A stretch of 64,000 bases of DNA. Origin: Candidatus Bathyarchaeota archaeon. GTDB taxonomy: Archaea > Thermoproteota > Bathyarchaeia > Bathyarchaeales > Bathycorpusculaceae. Position numbers and translations under genes: made by a program. A model generated the notes under the pieces. The model had not been told where the DNA came from, searched no databases, and saw nothing but the letters and a program-made list of their open reading frames with translations. Positions 33,095-42,588 of the stretch are shown piece after piece (within the stretch, counting starts at the first letter, position 1; every line of letters starts with the position of its first letter). The stretch is from positions 32,001 through 96,000 of the forward strand of contig CAWAKC010000003.1 of assembly GCA_963782525.1 (NCBI GenBank), given 5' to 3'.

Positions 33095-33739
33095 CTACCA
33101 TTCGTCTCTTTTGCTTATTTCTTCCTGTTTTTGATCTTGTTCTATTTCACGATAAATATTTTTTGCGGAAGATGTAACAACCGTTAGATCTGTACCTGCA
33201 ACACTTTTCACAGTTGGAATTTTCACCAATCTTTCTTCTCTAGTTTTTTGTACATATTGAACAGCCATTTCTTTAGAGGTGAAATTTAGCTTTTCACCAG
33301 AAGACCACATCTCATACATTTCCACCCTAAACAAGTATTCCTCTGCACCAATTCCCTTCATATCCACGATTAAAAGAAACTCAAAAGTGTCATTTAGTAG
33401 AGTACTTTGAGGTATGCTAATTGTTGTTGAATTGAGCAGGTGCTCTTGAAAATATAGATCTAAGTTAACTTTTGAAAAAGATGCTTTTGAAGGCAATAGG
33501 CTAAAGTCAACTTTAAAGGCTAACTCGTCTTCTTTGGTTGTCTCGGAGACGCTGTTGATCACTATTTCTTTTGTTGACTTAATTGGCTCTTTATTTCTGT
33601 TAATGTTGAATTGAAAAGAGAGGTCTTCAAGCGTTGATTGCTTTTTCTGCTTAACATTAACTGATATTATCTCTCTTTTTTGCTGATTCTTAGATAATCT
33701 AACCATTCTCAAATCAACTAATTCATTTCTACGAGACAA
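33095..33739 (-). CDS. Hypothetical protein with a beta-sandwich-like core
   Basis: 214-aa ORF; no motif recognised. Confidence 0.55.
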   Translation of the reverse strand: MSRRNELVDLRMVRLSKNQQKREIISVNVKQKKQSTLEDLSFQFNINRNKEPIKSTKEIVINSVSETTKEDELAFKVDFSLLPSKASFSKVNLDLYFQEHLLNSTTISIPQSTLLNDTFEFLLIVDMKGIGAEEYLFRVEMYEMWSSGEKLNFTSKEMAVQYVQKTREERLVKIPTVKSVAGTDLTVVTSSAKNIYREIEQDQKQEEISKRDEW

Positions 33740-33973
33740 TATATTAGGCGATGTTTAATGGTGTATCTTCTGTCCAGTCTTGTAGATCAGTTTTGCCTGT
33801 TCCAGTAAAGTTATCGTCGCTTTTTCTTGTTTGTCCGGTCGGTTACCGTATTTTTAAGTAAATGCTTATTTTGTCCTTGTCTCAACATGTGATCAAAAGT
33901 TCAATCTGTAATTAAAGGTTAAATCCAACTCAACAATAATAAAGCGTTGAAAAAGTCACGGTGAAATGAAATT

Positions 33974-34291
33974 ATGGACTTAGCGGTCGAGCTTAAAAAA
34001 CTTCAGGGCAAGCGTTTGACGACTATTTACCAAAACAAACCTTTTGAAATTACCCAAGTTTCAAATGACCAAATAACTCTCAAAACGTCCAAAGAATCAC
34101 GTCACCCTATAACCATGAAAGAAATAAGACTTGCCTGGAACCATTTAGAAAAATGTAAAAAATTAACTCGTTCAGAAGTGCGCGCTTTGGGAGATTCTGA
34201 AATTAACCCTACTTATGTAATGGCTATTCTTGCGAGCCTGTCCGGAGTTACTCACAGTCTTGGGCCACTCATATTAAGGCTCCCTGAATAA
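33974..34291 (+). CDS. Hypothetical protein
   Basis: 105-aa ORF preceded by GGTGA. Confidence 0.55.
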   Translation: MDLAVELKKLQGKRLTTIYQNKPFEITQVSNDQITLKTSKESRHPITMKEIRLAWNHLEKCKKLTRSEVRALGDSEINPTYVMAILASLSGVTHSLGPLILRLPE

Positions 34292-34569
34292 CATGCTTGT
34301 GACTGTTTCTTAAATCCAGCACAGCAGCGCCCAACGGGTTCTTTGGCTGGATGGAAATCTGCTTTGGATTTAGAAACAGCCAACCCTACAACAACCAGAA
34401 CGTAGGCCCACAAGTGTTACCCACCCTAAGTTCAGTTTCGGCACCCAACCAAGGCAGCTAAGGTTACGGATACGGCTAGTGGTCCTGCATGAAAAGATAA
34501 TAATCCTTTAAAATTCATTCCAAGGAACCTTTTCGTAATCCTTTTGGCTTGTTTATTCTTTTCTGTTTT

Positions 34570-34810
34570 CGAGCGACCGTCGAGTTCCAAGAATACAAAA
34601 CAGAGGTCACAGTTATGGTCCTATTGGGCCACAAAACAACAGCTTACCTATGGCTCTGCGTTCAATTAGCCCGTATCTGCTTCCGCGGAGCACCAAAAAA
34701 ATACATCAGTCTCTGGGTTACAAATCGGGAAGAAGAATCAAAAGCAGTCGAAGGCGGATTTGAATACGTTTAGAATAGCAACAGATGGAGCAAGCCTTTA
34801 CCGACGAGCA
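34570..34810 (+). pseudogene. Tyrosine integrase C-terminal remnant
   Basis: VMVLLGHK...AVEGGFEYV, paralogous to 35017..35355. Catalytic Tyr appears lost; boundaries approximate. Confidence 0.6.
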
Positions 34811-34955
34811 GACACAACAGCAACAACCATAATCGGGCACGACTAAAAACCGAAAACCAAAATAATATCGCCCTCGGATAACAAATTCTGGCAAGCGACT
34901 AAAAGCCGATATAATCATCGACACTGGTCGCTAGACCACAAGAAAGCATGTATGT

Positions 34956-34978
34956 GCGGTCGTAGTCTAGTTTGGTCT
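34956..34978 (+). repeat. Second att-like copy of the tRNA-Gly 5' end
   Basis: GCGGTCGTAGTCTAGTTTGGTCT is identical to 58573-58595 and lies between two convergent integrase remnants. Confidence 0.85.
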
Positions 34979-35016
34979 TAGACTTCAGTGTCGATGTCAC
35001 CACTGGCATTTCTTGT

Positions 35017-35355
35017 TTATCTGCGTTCATACGAGAATATCCTCTTTTTGTATATTTTTACTCCCGGTTCCCAATCAGTGTCGTAAGAATAGCCATCATT
35101 AGTCAGCTTCAATGCTTCCTCAAGTGTCCTTGCAACAGCAGATACCCAATTCTCCTGACCTGTAGCGGCGGCAGCTTTAACTAAGTCAACGTACAATTGC
35201 GCGCTTGACCAGCTTTTATGTCCCAAAACAACCATAACAACCGCCAAGCTTTTTGTTGCAATGTAAATATCAGTGCCTTTCTTGTACCGCAAAGTATGGA
35301 AGTGAATCTTGCGCAACCGCGTATTTCCAGTGCGTATTATAATTCGTTTACGCAT
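35017..35355 (-). pseudogene. Tyrosine integrase C-terminal fragment
   Basis: HFHTLR, LGHKS and AQLYV catalytic motifs. N-terminal part deleted and fused to a GNAT fragment. Confidence 0.8.
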
Positions 35356-35729
35356 GCGCGATATTTCGGGTGAACAACTAAGCGGCTAATCAAGCTGATT
35401 TGAGCGTTAACTTCAAACATATTCATCTTTGGTAGAGCTAAGCGACGTCCAAAACAGGATGGCGAAGGATAACAATAAACGATCACTCCGCAGAGCTCAT
35501 TGCCACGCATTAACCTAAAGAAGTGCCTAGCGACTGATGTGTTATGTCCGCGGTAGTGGAAAGTGGCGAGTTTTAGCCAATCTTCCCGGGTGCCGACTTC
35601 AACTCTCATTTCTTTAATTAGGCTGCATTCGCTGGCTTTTGCGGATAGATATTTTATGTCGATTTCTTCTCCAAACCGCTTAATCACAAACACAGAAGGC
35701 GAAAGATCCTCAACTAGGTCGCTATGAGT
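35356..35729 (-). pseudogene. Internal fragment of a second ABC-ATPase/GNAT gene
   Basis: FHYRGH, ELCGVIVY, SRLVVHPKYR, collinear with the middle of 42589..44040. Confidence 0.85.
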
Positions 35730-35790
35730 ACTGTGTTCTTAATGTGTCTTAGCTTTTTTCTGGTTTTAAGTTTAAATTTTTGTAAATTTG

Positions 35791-35884
35791 AGATGTGCTT
35801 AATACATTAAGCGAATCCCCTTTTTGCCTTGGAAAATAACTATTGCGGGCTCGCTGGGAGTCGTTTAAACTATTAGGCGAATCC
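35791..35884. repeat. Two 28-bp imperfect palindromes left of the oxidase cluster
   Basis: 35791-35818 AGATGTGCTTAATACATTAAGCGAATCC and 35857-35884 GGAGTCGTTTAAACTATTAGGCGAATCC. Confidence 0.75.
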
Positions 35885-35990
35885 TGAATAAATTTGGGGC
35901 AAACCTGGGCAAACCTTCTCCCAATAGGTGAACCTGACTGGACTTAACCCCGAATAGGCATGGTCCATATACTGCAGCATGCGCTTAACT

Positions 35991-36434
35991 TTAGCTAAAG
36001 ATAAGATGTAGTGGATAATAGGCGATGCCAAGTCCGAGGGTTATTATCCAGATTGTTAGGATTTCCCACATCAACTTTTTCCGCGGCGCGCAGAACCGCG
36101 TTTCGCTAGATTCTCCCAACGCCCACTTGCCAACTAGCCAAATGCCAAGAGAAATTGTTACCAAACCTATGACGCCGTGAACAACTCCTAAAAGTGCAAC
36201 AACATTGAAGTCTTCCAACATTTCCGCTACTACCCGAACAAAAGAAGGCCCCATGTGAGCAATCGTTAGCAAGGTAGCAATCATGACGACAACCATCATG
36301 GTGTTGCCATGCCAAACAAACTTCTTTCGCCTTTGAAGAAAAATGCTTAGAATTATTAACAAACTTAAGACGGCAACTAAAATGATCAGATTTGCCTGCG
36401 ACATCCATTCATGAACCTCATTATAAGTTACCAT
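35991..36434 (-). CDS. DUF420-like four-TM protein, possible oxidase assembly factor
   Basis: RRKKFVWHGNTM, VVHG..G, WIITLGLGIAYY. Divergent from ccmF. Confidence 0.6.
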   Translation of the reverse strand: MVTYNEVHEWMSQANLIILVAVLSLLIILSIFLQRRKKFVWHGNTMMVVVMIATLLTIAHMGPSFVRVVAEMLEDFNVVALLGVVHGVIGLVTISLGIWLVGKWALGESSETRFCAPRKKLMWEILTIWIITLGLGIAYYPLHLIFS

Positions 36435-36801
36435 CCTTCAATCCTCGTCTTTGACTAATTAGTTTAAAAAACAATAAAACAGTTACTATCTAACCTGTTT
36501 TACACGTCATTTAAAAAAAAACTATACTTTGTCAAAGCCCACTACCAGCCCATTATGTTTAGCAATATGTTCTCAAAATTCTTTTTCTAGTCTCTTGTTT
36601 ATTCGCAGAATTCTACGATTAACCTGGAACCGCTGGACTAAGTTGTCTCAAGACTAAAGCCCAAATCTTACTGCCGTTAAAATGAAATCCCCGTTGTAGC
36701 TTTGGCCGTTGTTTTCCTTCAGTTTTCCTTGGATAGAAAAGCTGACAATAATTTTAAATAAGAATTCAGCTAAGCACATTTCTATAACTCTGGAATTCAA
36801 T

Positions 36802-38703
36802 ATGGACTTTGAAGTATTTTTTCTGCTCGCGGCCAGTTTGTTGCTCTTATTAGACATTGCTCTCTTGTCAACCATGAAATTAACTGCTAAACTAAAAAGA
36901 CAGTACATCCTTTTCGCCGCTTTTTCCATATTTGCCTTAATAATAACATCTTACGCGATGCTTCTGCAAGCTTTCATTGGCAACGATTTTTCTCTTGTTG
37001 GGGTGTACTCTTCCAGCTCCTCCAGTGCTTCTTTGTTTTCAAAAATTTACTCCAGTTGGGCTGGAGCTGGGGGCTCGATGCTTTTCTTAACAGTTCTGCT
37101 AAGCATATTTTACTTTATATTAAGAATTATAGCTTTCAAAAAACCCAACAAATTCAACACAATCACCTGTCAGATCTTCGGTGTGGTCCTCTTTGTTTTC
37201 ATAATTGTGTGTTTGCTAAGAAACCCATTCGAACGTTTTCCCACGGTTCCAGCGGAAGGAATTGGTCTCAACCCACAGTTGCAAAGTGTATGGATGGCGA
37301 TTCACCCACCAATAGTATTTTCAGCTTATGCCTTCGCGGTTTTGACCTTTGCGTTGACGATAGCAAGTATCAAGACAGATAGAGAACTTGATGACTCAAA
37401 ACTATTCAAAGCTTCAACCTACGCAGCTTGGTTACTTCTCACAATTGGGATAGCTCTTGGTGGACTTTGGGCTTACGAAGTCTTAGGGTGGGGTGGATAC
37501 TGGGCTTGGGATCCAGTTGAAACAGCTTCTCTGTTGCCTTGGCTTTTTCTAGTGGCGTATTTCGTAGTGAAAAATATTTCCAATGACAAGAAGAGCTTAA
37601 CACGAGAATTAATGATTATGATAACATTTGCCAGCCTAGTTTTCTTGAGTGCCCTAACCCGTGGAGGATTGACTCAATCAGTCCATTCTTATGCAGTATC
37701 GGCAATTGGTCCCATAATGCTTACATTTGCGGTGGGGATGGTTGTTTATTTCTTCTATGTGGCAAAAAACAAAAGAAAGCCTCTCTTCCAACTGGAAGTT
37801 AATAGGGCTTCTTTGTCGTCTCGTTCTTACTATCTGGGTTTCTGGGCGCTGATTCTCATAGCCGTCGTCTGCCTAGTGGGGCTGGCTTTTCCAGGTTTTG
37901 CCTATAGCTATTGGACCTACCCGTTTGTCGTTTTATTCGTCGTGGCTTTGATCGGTTACAGCTTCAAAGAGAAGACGCATTACGTTCGTCAACTCCTAAT
38001 AGTGGCTATTTCGTTAGTCGCGGGAGTAGCTATCTCGCTGATTGGATTTGCATCTGTAAATATCCTTGTCACATTTACAGTTCCTCTTTTACTGACTGCG
38101 TTTTTTTGCCTTATTTATAAACTGGCTAGAACTATTCGTCGGAGATCTCTACTTGGACAAAGCATATTCGCGTTAGCTGTAATTGTTTTACTCTTGGGTG
38201 TTTTTATGAGTGCGGGAGCAAAAACAGTAGTCACCTTAAACGACGTGAAAATTAATACGCCCCAAAAAGCTATGCAATTCGATATCGTGGTTACGGGTAT
38301 ACATATTGAAAACAGTACGATGCAGGTTTACAATTCACAAGCCAATTCTGTTATCCCGGAATATTCGATTATTAAAGCCGATGTCACAATGCGAGATTCT
38401 GATAGAATCTATCAAGGAAGCCTTTCTGCTTCCTTGTACCCAAACTATGGGTTGGTGATTAAGCCTTTAATTATTACGACAGAGACTGGTGATCTTTATG
38501 TCCATATAGAGTTCACGGACTCGCTTTACAATACTTTAATGCAAGCATCAAGCGGCAACAGTGTTGCGCCCAATGAAGTGGCAATTTCGGTTCAAAACAG
38601 TCCGCTGATCTACTTAGTCTGGGCAGGTGTTGTGCTCATGGCAATCGCCATATTAATTCAGTTCGCGAGCGATCTTTCTTCACAAAAAGAGTGGCGCTAC
38701 TAA
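36802..38703 (+). CDS. ccmF: Cytochrome c biogenesis heme lyase CcmF
   Basis: GIGLNPQLQ, MAIHPP, WAYEVLGWGGYWAWDPVETASLLPWL, LTRGG..SVHSY. ATG 36802 preferred. Confidence 0.92.
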   Translation: MDFEVFFLLAASLLLLLDIALLSTMKLTAKLKRQYILFAAFSIFALIITSYAMLLQAFIGNDFSLVGVYSSSSSSASLFSKIYSSWAGAGGSMLFLTVLLSIFYFILRIIAFKKPNKFNTITCQIFGVVLFVFIIVCLLRNPFERFPTVPAEGIGLNPQLQSVWMAIHPPIVFSAYAFAVLTFALTIASIKTDRELDDSKLFKASTYAAWLLLTIGIALGGLWAYEVLGWGGYWAWDPVETASLLPWLFLVAYFVVKNISNDKKSLTRELMIMITFASLVFLSALTRGGLTQSVHSYAVSAIGPIMLTFAVGMVVYFFYVAKNKRKPLFQLEVNRASLSSRSYYLGFWALILIAVVCLVGLAFPGFAYSYWTYPFVVLFVVALIGYSFKEKTHYVRQLLIVAISLVAGVAISLIGFASVNILVTFTVPLLLTAFFCLIYKLARTIRRRSLLGQSIFALAVIVLLLGVFMSAGAKTVVTLNDVKINTPQKAMQFDIVVTGIHIENSTMQVYNSQANSVIPEYSIIKADVTMRDSDRIYQGSLSASLYPNYGLVIKPLIITTETGDLYVHIEFTDSLYNTLMQASSGNSVAPNEVAISVQNSPLIYLVWAGVVLMAIAILIQFASDLSSQKEWRY

Positions 38704-38912
38704 GAATGTTGTTGGTTATCGAAGCTTATGTTCTGAATATACCTCAGTGTAATTAATGCAACAACGCTAACAAATTATTAGCTAATTTCACCGAGCATAC
38801 ATTATTGAGTTACAAAGTAAGCGCTTAATTAGATATGCTGTTGCTAACTTGTTCTAGCATAGTTTTAAAAAGCGATCGCAACAAAAGTACATTCGGAAAT
38901 TAGGGGTTTTTC

Positions 38913-40355
38913 ATGGCTGAGGCAGAGGCAACAAAAGCAGTAGTTACTAATGGGTTAGAGCCTGCTGATCTTAAGAGTGCGGACTCGGTGGCTAAGTATT
39001 GGCTTTATTCTGCTGTCCTTTGGTTCCCCATTTTTGCAACATTTGGAATGATAATGGCAATAAAGTTTTTTGTTCCAACGTTTCTTGTCGATTCTGCCTT
39101 CGATACATTTGGTAGAATCAGACCCGCCCACGTCAATGGACTGCTTTTCGGTTTCTTATCTTCAGGCCTAATAGGCGCAATGTACTACGTGGCTCCGAGA
39201 TTATCCCACGTTTCTCTATACAAGCCAATTCTCGGAAAAATTTCTGCAGTGTTGTGGAATGTCGGAGTATTGGCGGGAGTTCTCTTGATCATGAGTGGAG
39301 ACACACAAGCCCGAGAATACGCGGAATTTCCCTGGATAATAGATGTAGTGATTATGATTACATTGATCATCATTGGCATTACAATAATTGGCACAATCAT
39401 AAAAAGAAAAGAACGCAAACTCTACGTTAGCTTGTGGTTCTTTGCAGCCATATTTCTCTGGTTTCCCATAGTGTACTTTATCGGAAACGTGATGTGGCGA
39501 CCTCCATCTGGAGCGCTTTTCGGCTTGACCGATGCCATAGTCAACTGGTTTTACGGACACAACGTTTTGGGACTCTGGTTCACTCCATTCGGATTAGCCC
39601 TATGGTACTATTTCATACCTAAACTCTCAAAACGAGCTCTTTACAGCGTAACTCTATCTTTGATTAGCTTCTTTGCTCTGGCATTCTTTTACACCGGTGT
39701 AGGAGGGCATCACCTGCTACAGTCTTCAATTCCGGAATGGTTAAAAACTATAGCCGTTGCAACGAGCGGTCTGATGATGATTTCTGTTTTGACGTTTGCT
39801 ACGAACATTGGAATGACCCTTCGAGGCGCTTGGCACTCTGTTTGGAGTAATGTACCCTTACGGTTCATTGTTTTCGGCTTCATCAACTACATACTTGTTT
39901 CAATTCAGGGAACTTTCCAAGCGTTTCGTGATATGAACTTGTACTTGCATTACTCACAATGGCCTGTGATGCATTCGCATTTAGCGTTGTATGGTTCTTT
40001 TGCAATTACGATAATGGGGATGATGTATTTTTTGGTGCCTCGCCTCTCAGGAAGAAAACTCTGGAACAAAAAACTAATGGATGTCAGTTGGTGGCTAACC
40101 TTATTGGGTTTTATAATATTCATGGCCGGAATGATGCTAGCCGGATTAGTTGCAAACGCTAGCTGGTACACCCATCAGACTATCGTTCAAGCTTTACCAA
40201 CATTGACACCTTACTTAATTGTCAGAGCCATTGGTGGCGGCATAGTTGTTGTTTCCGCTTTCCTTTTCGCGATTGATATCATTATGACTATTTTTTCAAA
40301 ACCTTTGTCATCTCTTGAAAATGCAGAAACAATTGGAGGTGTGCGGAAAGAATGA
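38913..40355 (+). CDS. ccoN: cbb3-type cytochrome c oxidase subunit I
   Basis: FGRIRPAHVN, QAREYAE, NWFYGHNVLG, FFYTGVGGHHL and MHSHLALYG contain all six His ligands plus the helix VII Tyr. Confidence 0.9.
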   Translation: MAEAEATKAVVTNGLEPADLKSADSVAKYWLYSAVLWFPIFATFGMIMAIKFFVPTFLVDSAFDTFGRIRPAHVNGLLFGFLSSGLIGAMYYVAPRLSHVSLYKPILGKISAVLWNVGVLAGVLLIMSGDTQAREYAEFPWIIDVVIMITLIIIGITIIGTIIKRKERKLYVSLWFFAAIFLWFPIVYFIGNVMWRPPSGALFGLTDAIVNWFYGHNVLGLWFTPFGLALWYYFIPKLSKRALYSVTLSLISFFALAFFYTGVGGHHLLQSSIPEWLKTIAVATSGLMMISVLTFATNIGMTLRGAWHSVWSNVPLRFIVFGFINYILVSIQGTFQAFRDMNLYLHYSQWPVMHSHLALYGSFAITIMGMMYFLVPRLSGRKLWNKKLMDVSWWLTLLGFIIFMAGMMLAGLVANASWYTHQTIVQALPTLTPYLIVRAIGGGIVVVSAFLFAIDIIMTIFSKPLSSLENAETIGGVRKE

Positions 40356-41965
40356 GTGATGCTGAAAAGAAGTTTGAGGAAGAATTGGAGAGGCTAGAAC
40401 GAACTGCGGAGAAGAAAGTCAGAATAATAAAGAAGAAAACTCAATTTAAGAATTTGTTTCCGCTTGTTGCAGGTGGAGTAGCTGTCTTTCTTCTCATGGT
40501 TAGTATGGTTGTAGTTGCTCCCTACATGTTTCTTTTAGACATTCCTCCAAGCGATACCGCTCACGTGTATACAACGCAGGAAGCAGAAGGAAGAAACTTA
40601 TTCATGAGTTTGGGATGTTTCTACTGCCATTCTCAACAAGTCAGAGCTAGCGATTGGGGAATCGGCAATGTCTCTCAAGAAGGAGATTACGTGTACGATA
40701 GCCCAGCCGCGTTGGGTACAGAGAGGACGGGTCCAGATCTTGCTCAAATCGGTGGAATGCGCCCAACCCTGTGGCAGCAAATGCACGATAGGGACCCACG
40801 CAGTGTAAGCCCAGGTTCTTTAATGCCGAATTTCGGATTCTTAAGTGATGAGCAGATAGATGCTCTAGTAGCTTATATTCAAAATCTAGGTCAAGAAAAC
40901 CTCCAAGTTGAAGCTTCAATCACTAATGGTTCTTCTTTTCACCCTGCCGTACCAGACGAGTATGTGAACGCGACTAACCAGTTTACGCCAATGTTGATGA
41001 CTGCGTTGGCACAATATGACGTTGAAAATGACGCTTACAATGGAAATGCTACGTTTGGTGACCAATGGGGAGTCCTTTTTGATGCTGCTAAAGCTGATTA
41101 TACACAGTTTTGCCTGTCTTGCCATGGATGTTCAGGAAATGCAGAAGGCCCATATGCTCGGCATGTAGCGACTCAGCCTGCAAATCTGCATGAACGCATA
41201 GCTACATTTCCAGGTGACAGTTATGACATCTGGCGAGTGAGCGGCGGGGTACCTGGAACAGCCATGCCTGAATGGAGCCTTACACTTAATGCTACTGAAA
41301 TTAGGCTTTTAGCAGCTTATGAGTTGAGCTTTGTTTTTGGTTCCGCTAGAACAATTTCTGGCGATATCTCTGATGCTGAAGGAGACAACTTTGCTCAAAC
41401 AGTTCTTAACGTGCCGCCCATAGGTGGAACGATGCAGGATTACCAGTCGGGTAAAAGTCTATACACCTTGTACTGTGCACAATGCCACGGGAACGATGGG
41501 CAGGGAGATGGACCTGCCTCAAGTAAGGTTCAAGGTGGCTACATTGTCCCTGAACCCGCCAACTTTACCGAATCCGGAAACGACTTCATGTACTATGGAC
41601 GCTACGTTTGGAAAGTACAACAAGGCGTCGAAACAACAAATATGCCACCCTGGAAATATGCAATGACGGATAACGAAATTTACCAATTAGTCTTCTATGT
41701 GCAAAGCTTCTCAAAAGCCAGTGACTACAATACGAAATGGGCACCGCAGTATACTGATCAATATGCAAGGGACCTCAAAGGTGGCCCTGTCCAGTCTGGG
41801 TTGTTCACAAATCTTGAAACAAATCCAGTAGGAGCCTTAGTTGCTTTCATAGCTGTTCTTCTTTGGGATCGTAATTTTGAAAAACTACGAAATCTTTACC
41901 AAAATGCAAGGATTCAAATGCCAACCAAAGCTTTGAAATTATGGAGGTTAATCCCCTGGACATAG
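40352..41965 (+). CDS. ccoO: CcoO fused to two further cytochrome c domains (triheme)
   Basis: GCFYCHSQQVR, GTERTGPDL, SLMP, then CLSCH..AMP and CAQCH..NMP. Confidence 0.88.
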   Translation: MSDAEKKFEEELERLERTAEKKVRIIKKKTQFKNLFPLVAGGVAVFLLMVSMVVVAPYMFLLDIPPSDTAHVYTTQEAEGRNLFMSLGCFYCHSQQVRASDWGIGNVSQEGDYVYDSPAALGTERTGPDLAQIGGMRPTLWQQMHDRDPRSVSPGSLMPNFGFLSDEQIDALVAYIQNLGQENLQVEASITNGSSFHPAVPDEYVNATNQFTPMLMTALAQYDVENDAYNGNATFGDQWGVLFDAAKADYTQFCLSCHGCSGNAEGPYARHVATQPANLHERIATFPGDSYDIWRVSGGVPGTAMPEWSLTLNATEIRLLAAYELSFVFGSARTISGDISDAEGDNFAQTVLNVPPIGGTMQDYQSGKSLYTLYCAQCHGNDGQGDGPASSKVQGGYIVPEPANFTESGNDFMYYGRYVWKVQQGVETTNMPPWKYAMTDNEIYQLVFYVQSFSKASDYNTKWAPQYTDQYARDLKGGPVQSGLFTNLETNPVGALVAFIAVLLWDRNFEKLRNLYQNARIQMPTKALKLWRLIPWT

Positions 41966-41967
41966 AT

Positions 41968-42108
41968 ATGTTGATCTATATTATCGGTGCATTAGGAATC
42001 ACATTCATAACTGCTGGTTTTGTTGTCTGGAGTTTTGTAACCAAAGCGTTTGAAGGTAATGAAAATTTGAGGTTTAAGCCGCTTGAGGAGGATGAAACCG
42101 AGCAATGA
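41968..42108 (+). CDS. CcoS/FixS-like assembly microprotein (absent from the ORF track)
   Basis: MLIYIIGALGITFITAGFVVWSFVTKAFEGNENLRFKPLEEDETEQ: TM, then W..F, then acidic tail. Stop overlaps the next ATG. Start could be 41941 or 41956. Confidence 0.65.
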   Translation: MLIYIIGALGITFITAGFVVWSFVTKAFEGNENLRFKPLEEDETEQ

Positions 42109-42398
42109 GCTGGGACCATTTAGCTGCGACTGCCCGAATTGTTTTTGTGAATCCCACATATGCCTACTTAGCGCTGGTATTTGTTGGAGCAGCAGTGCTT
42201 GTCATTTACTTGATTGTTAGAAGTTCGGACGAGTTTTCGGTGAAAGACACTGAAGCGAACTCTGAAGACTTCGCTGGTGAAATACGTGACTCAAAGGGAC
42301 CTGTAACCATGTGGCTTTGGGCAGTTTACATTGCTTTAGCAGTATGGGCAATAGCTTATTTAATTCAGCACTGGGGAGAATTCGCTAGTTTTCCATAA
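42105..42398 (+). CDS. Two-TM protein resembling the CcoP N-terminal membrane domain
   Basis: EDFAGEIRDSKGPVTMWLWAVYIALAVWAIAY parallels the CcoP DGIxExDNPLPxWW..F..TI.FA..Y pattern. Confidence 0.6.
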   Translation: MSWDHLAATARIVFVNPTYAYLALVFVGAAVLVIYLIVRSSDEFSVKDTEANSEDFAGEIRDSKGPVTMWLWAVYIALAVWAIAYLIQHWGEFASFP

Positions 42399-42498
42399 AA
42401 AACCTTCATTAGGCATCGCCTAGACTTGAGGCATTGTTCTTCGCAAAATTTCTATTTTAAAAATATTAATAGTTTTCTTATATGTAGCACGCTATAGG

Positions 42499-42526
42499 GG
42501 ATTCGCTTAATATATTAGGCGAATCC
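42499..42526. repeat. 28-bp near-perfect palindrome right of the oxidase cluster
   Basis: GGATTCGCTTAATATATTAGGCGAATCC (13 of 14 pairs). The following ~40 bp is homologous to 35819-35860. Confidence 0.8.
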
Positions 42527-42588
42527 TTATTTTTTCTTGGAAAATATTGGTGGGGGGCTCGCTAGGATGTGGACTTGCGGCTGCAACA

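Noticed and set aside
24447-34978. tRNA 5' fragments as trans-spliced split tRNA-Gly pieces
   Set aside because: A full-length gene with the same 5' end exists, no complementary leader was seen, and integrase remnants flank one copy; att sites are the simpler explanation.
38913-40355. Nitric oxide reductase NorB
   Set aside because: It has GHNVLG and the helix VII Tyr rather than HLWVEG, and its partner has CcoO motifs.
42499-42526. Canonical chromosomal dif site
   Set aside because: Inner geometry is TAA-N4-TTA rather than TAA-N6-TTA and there are several copies; kept only as a recombination-like site.
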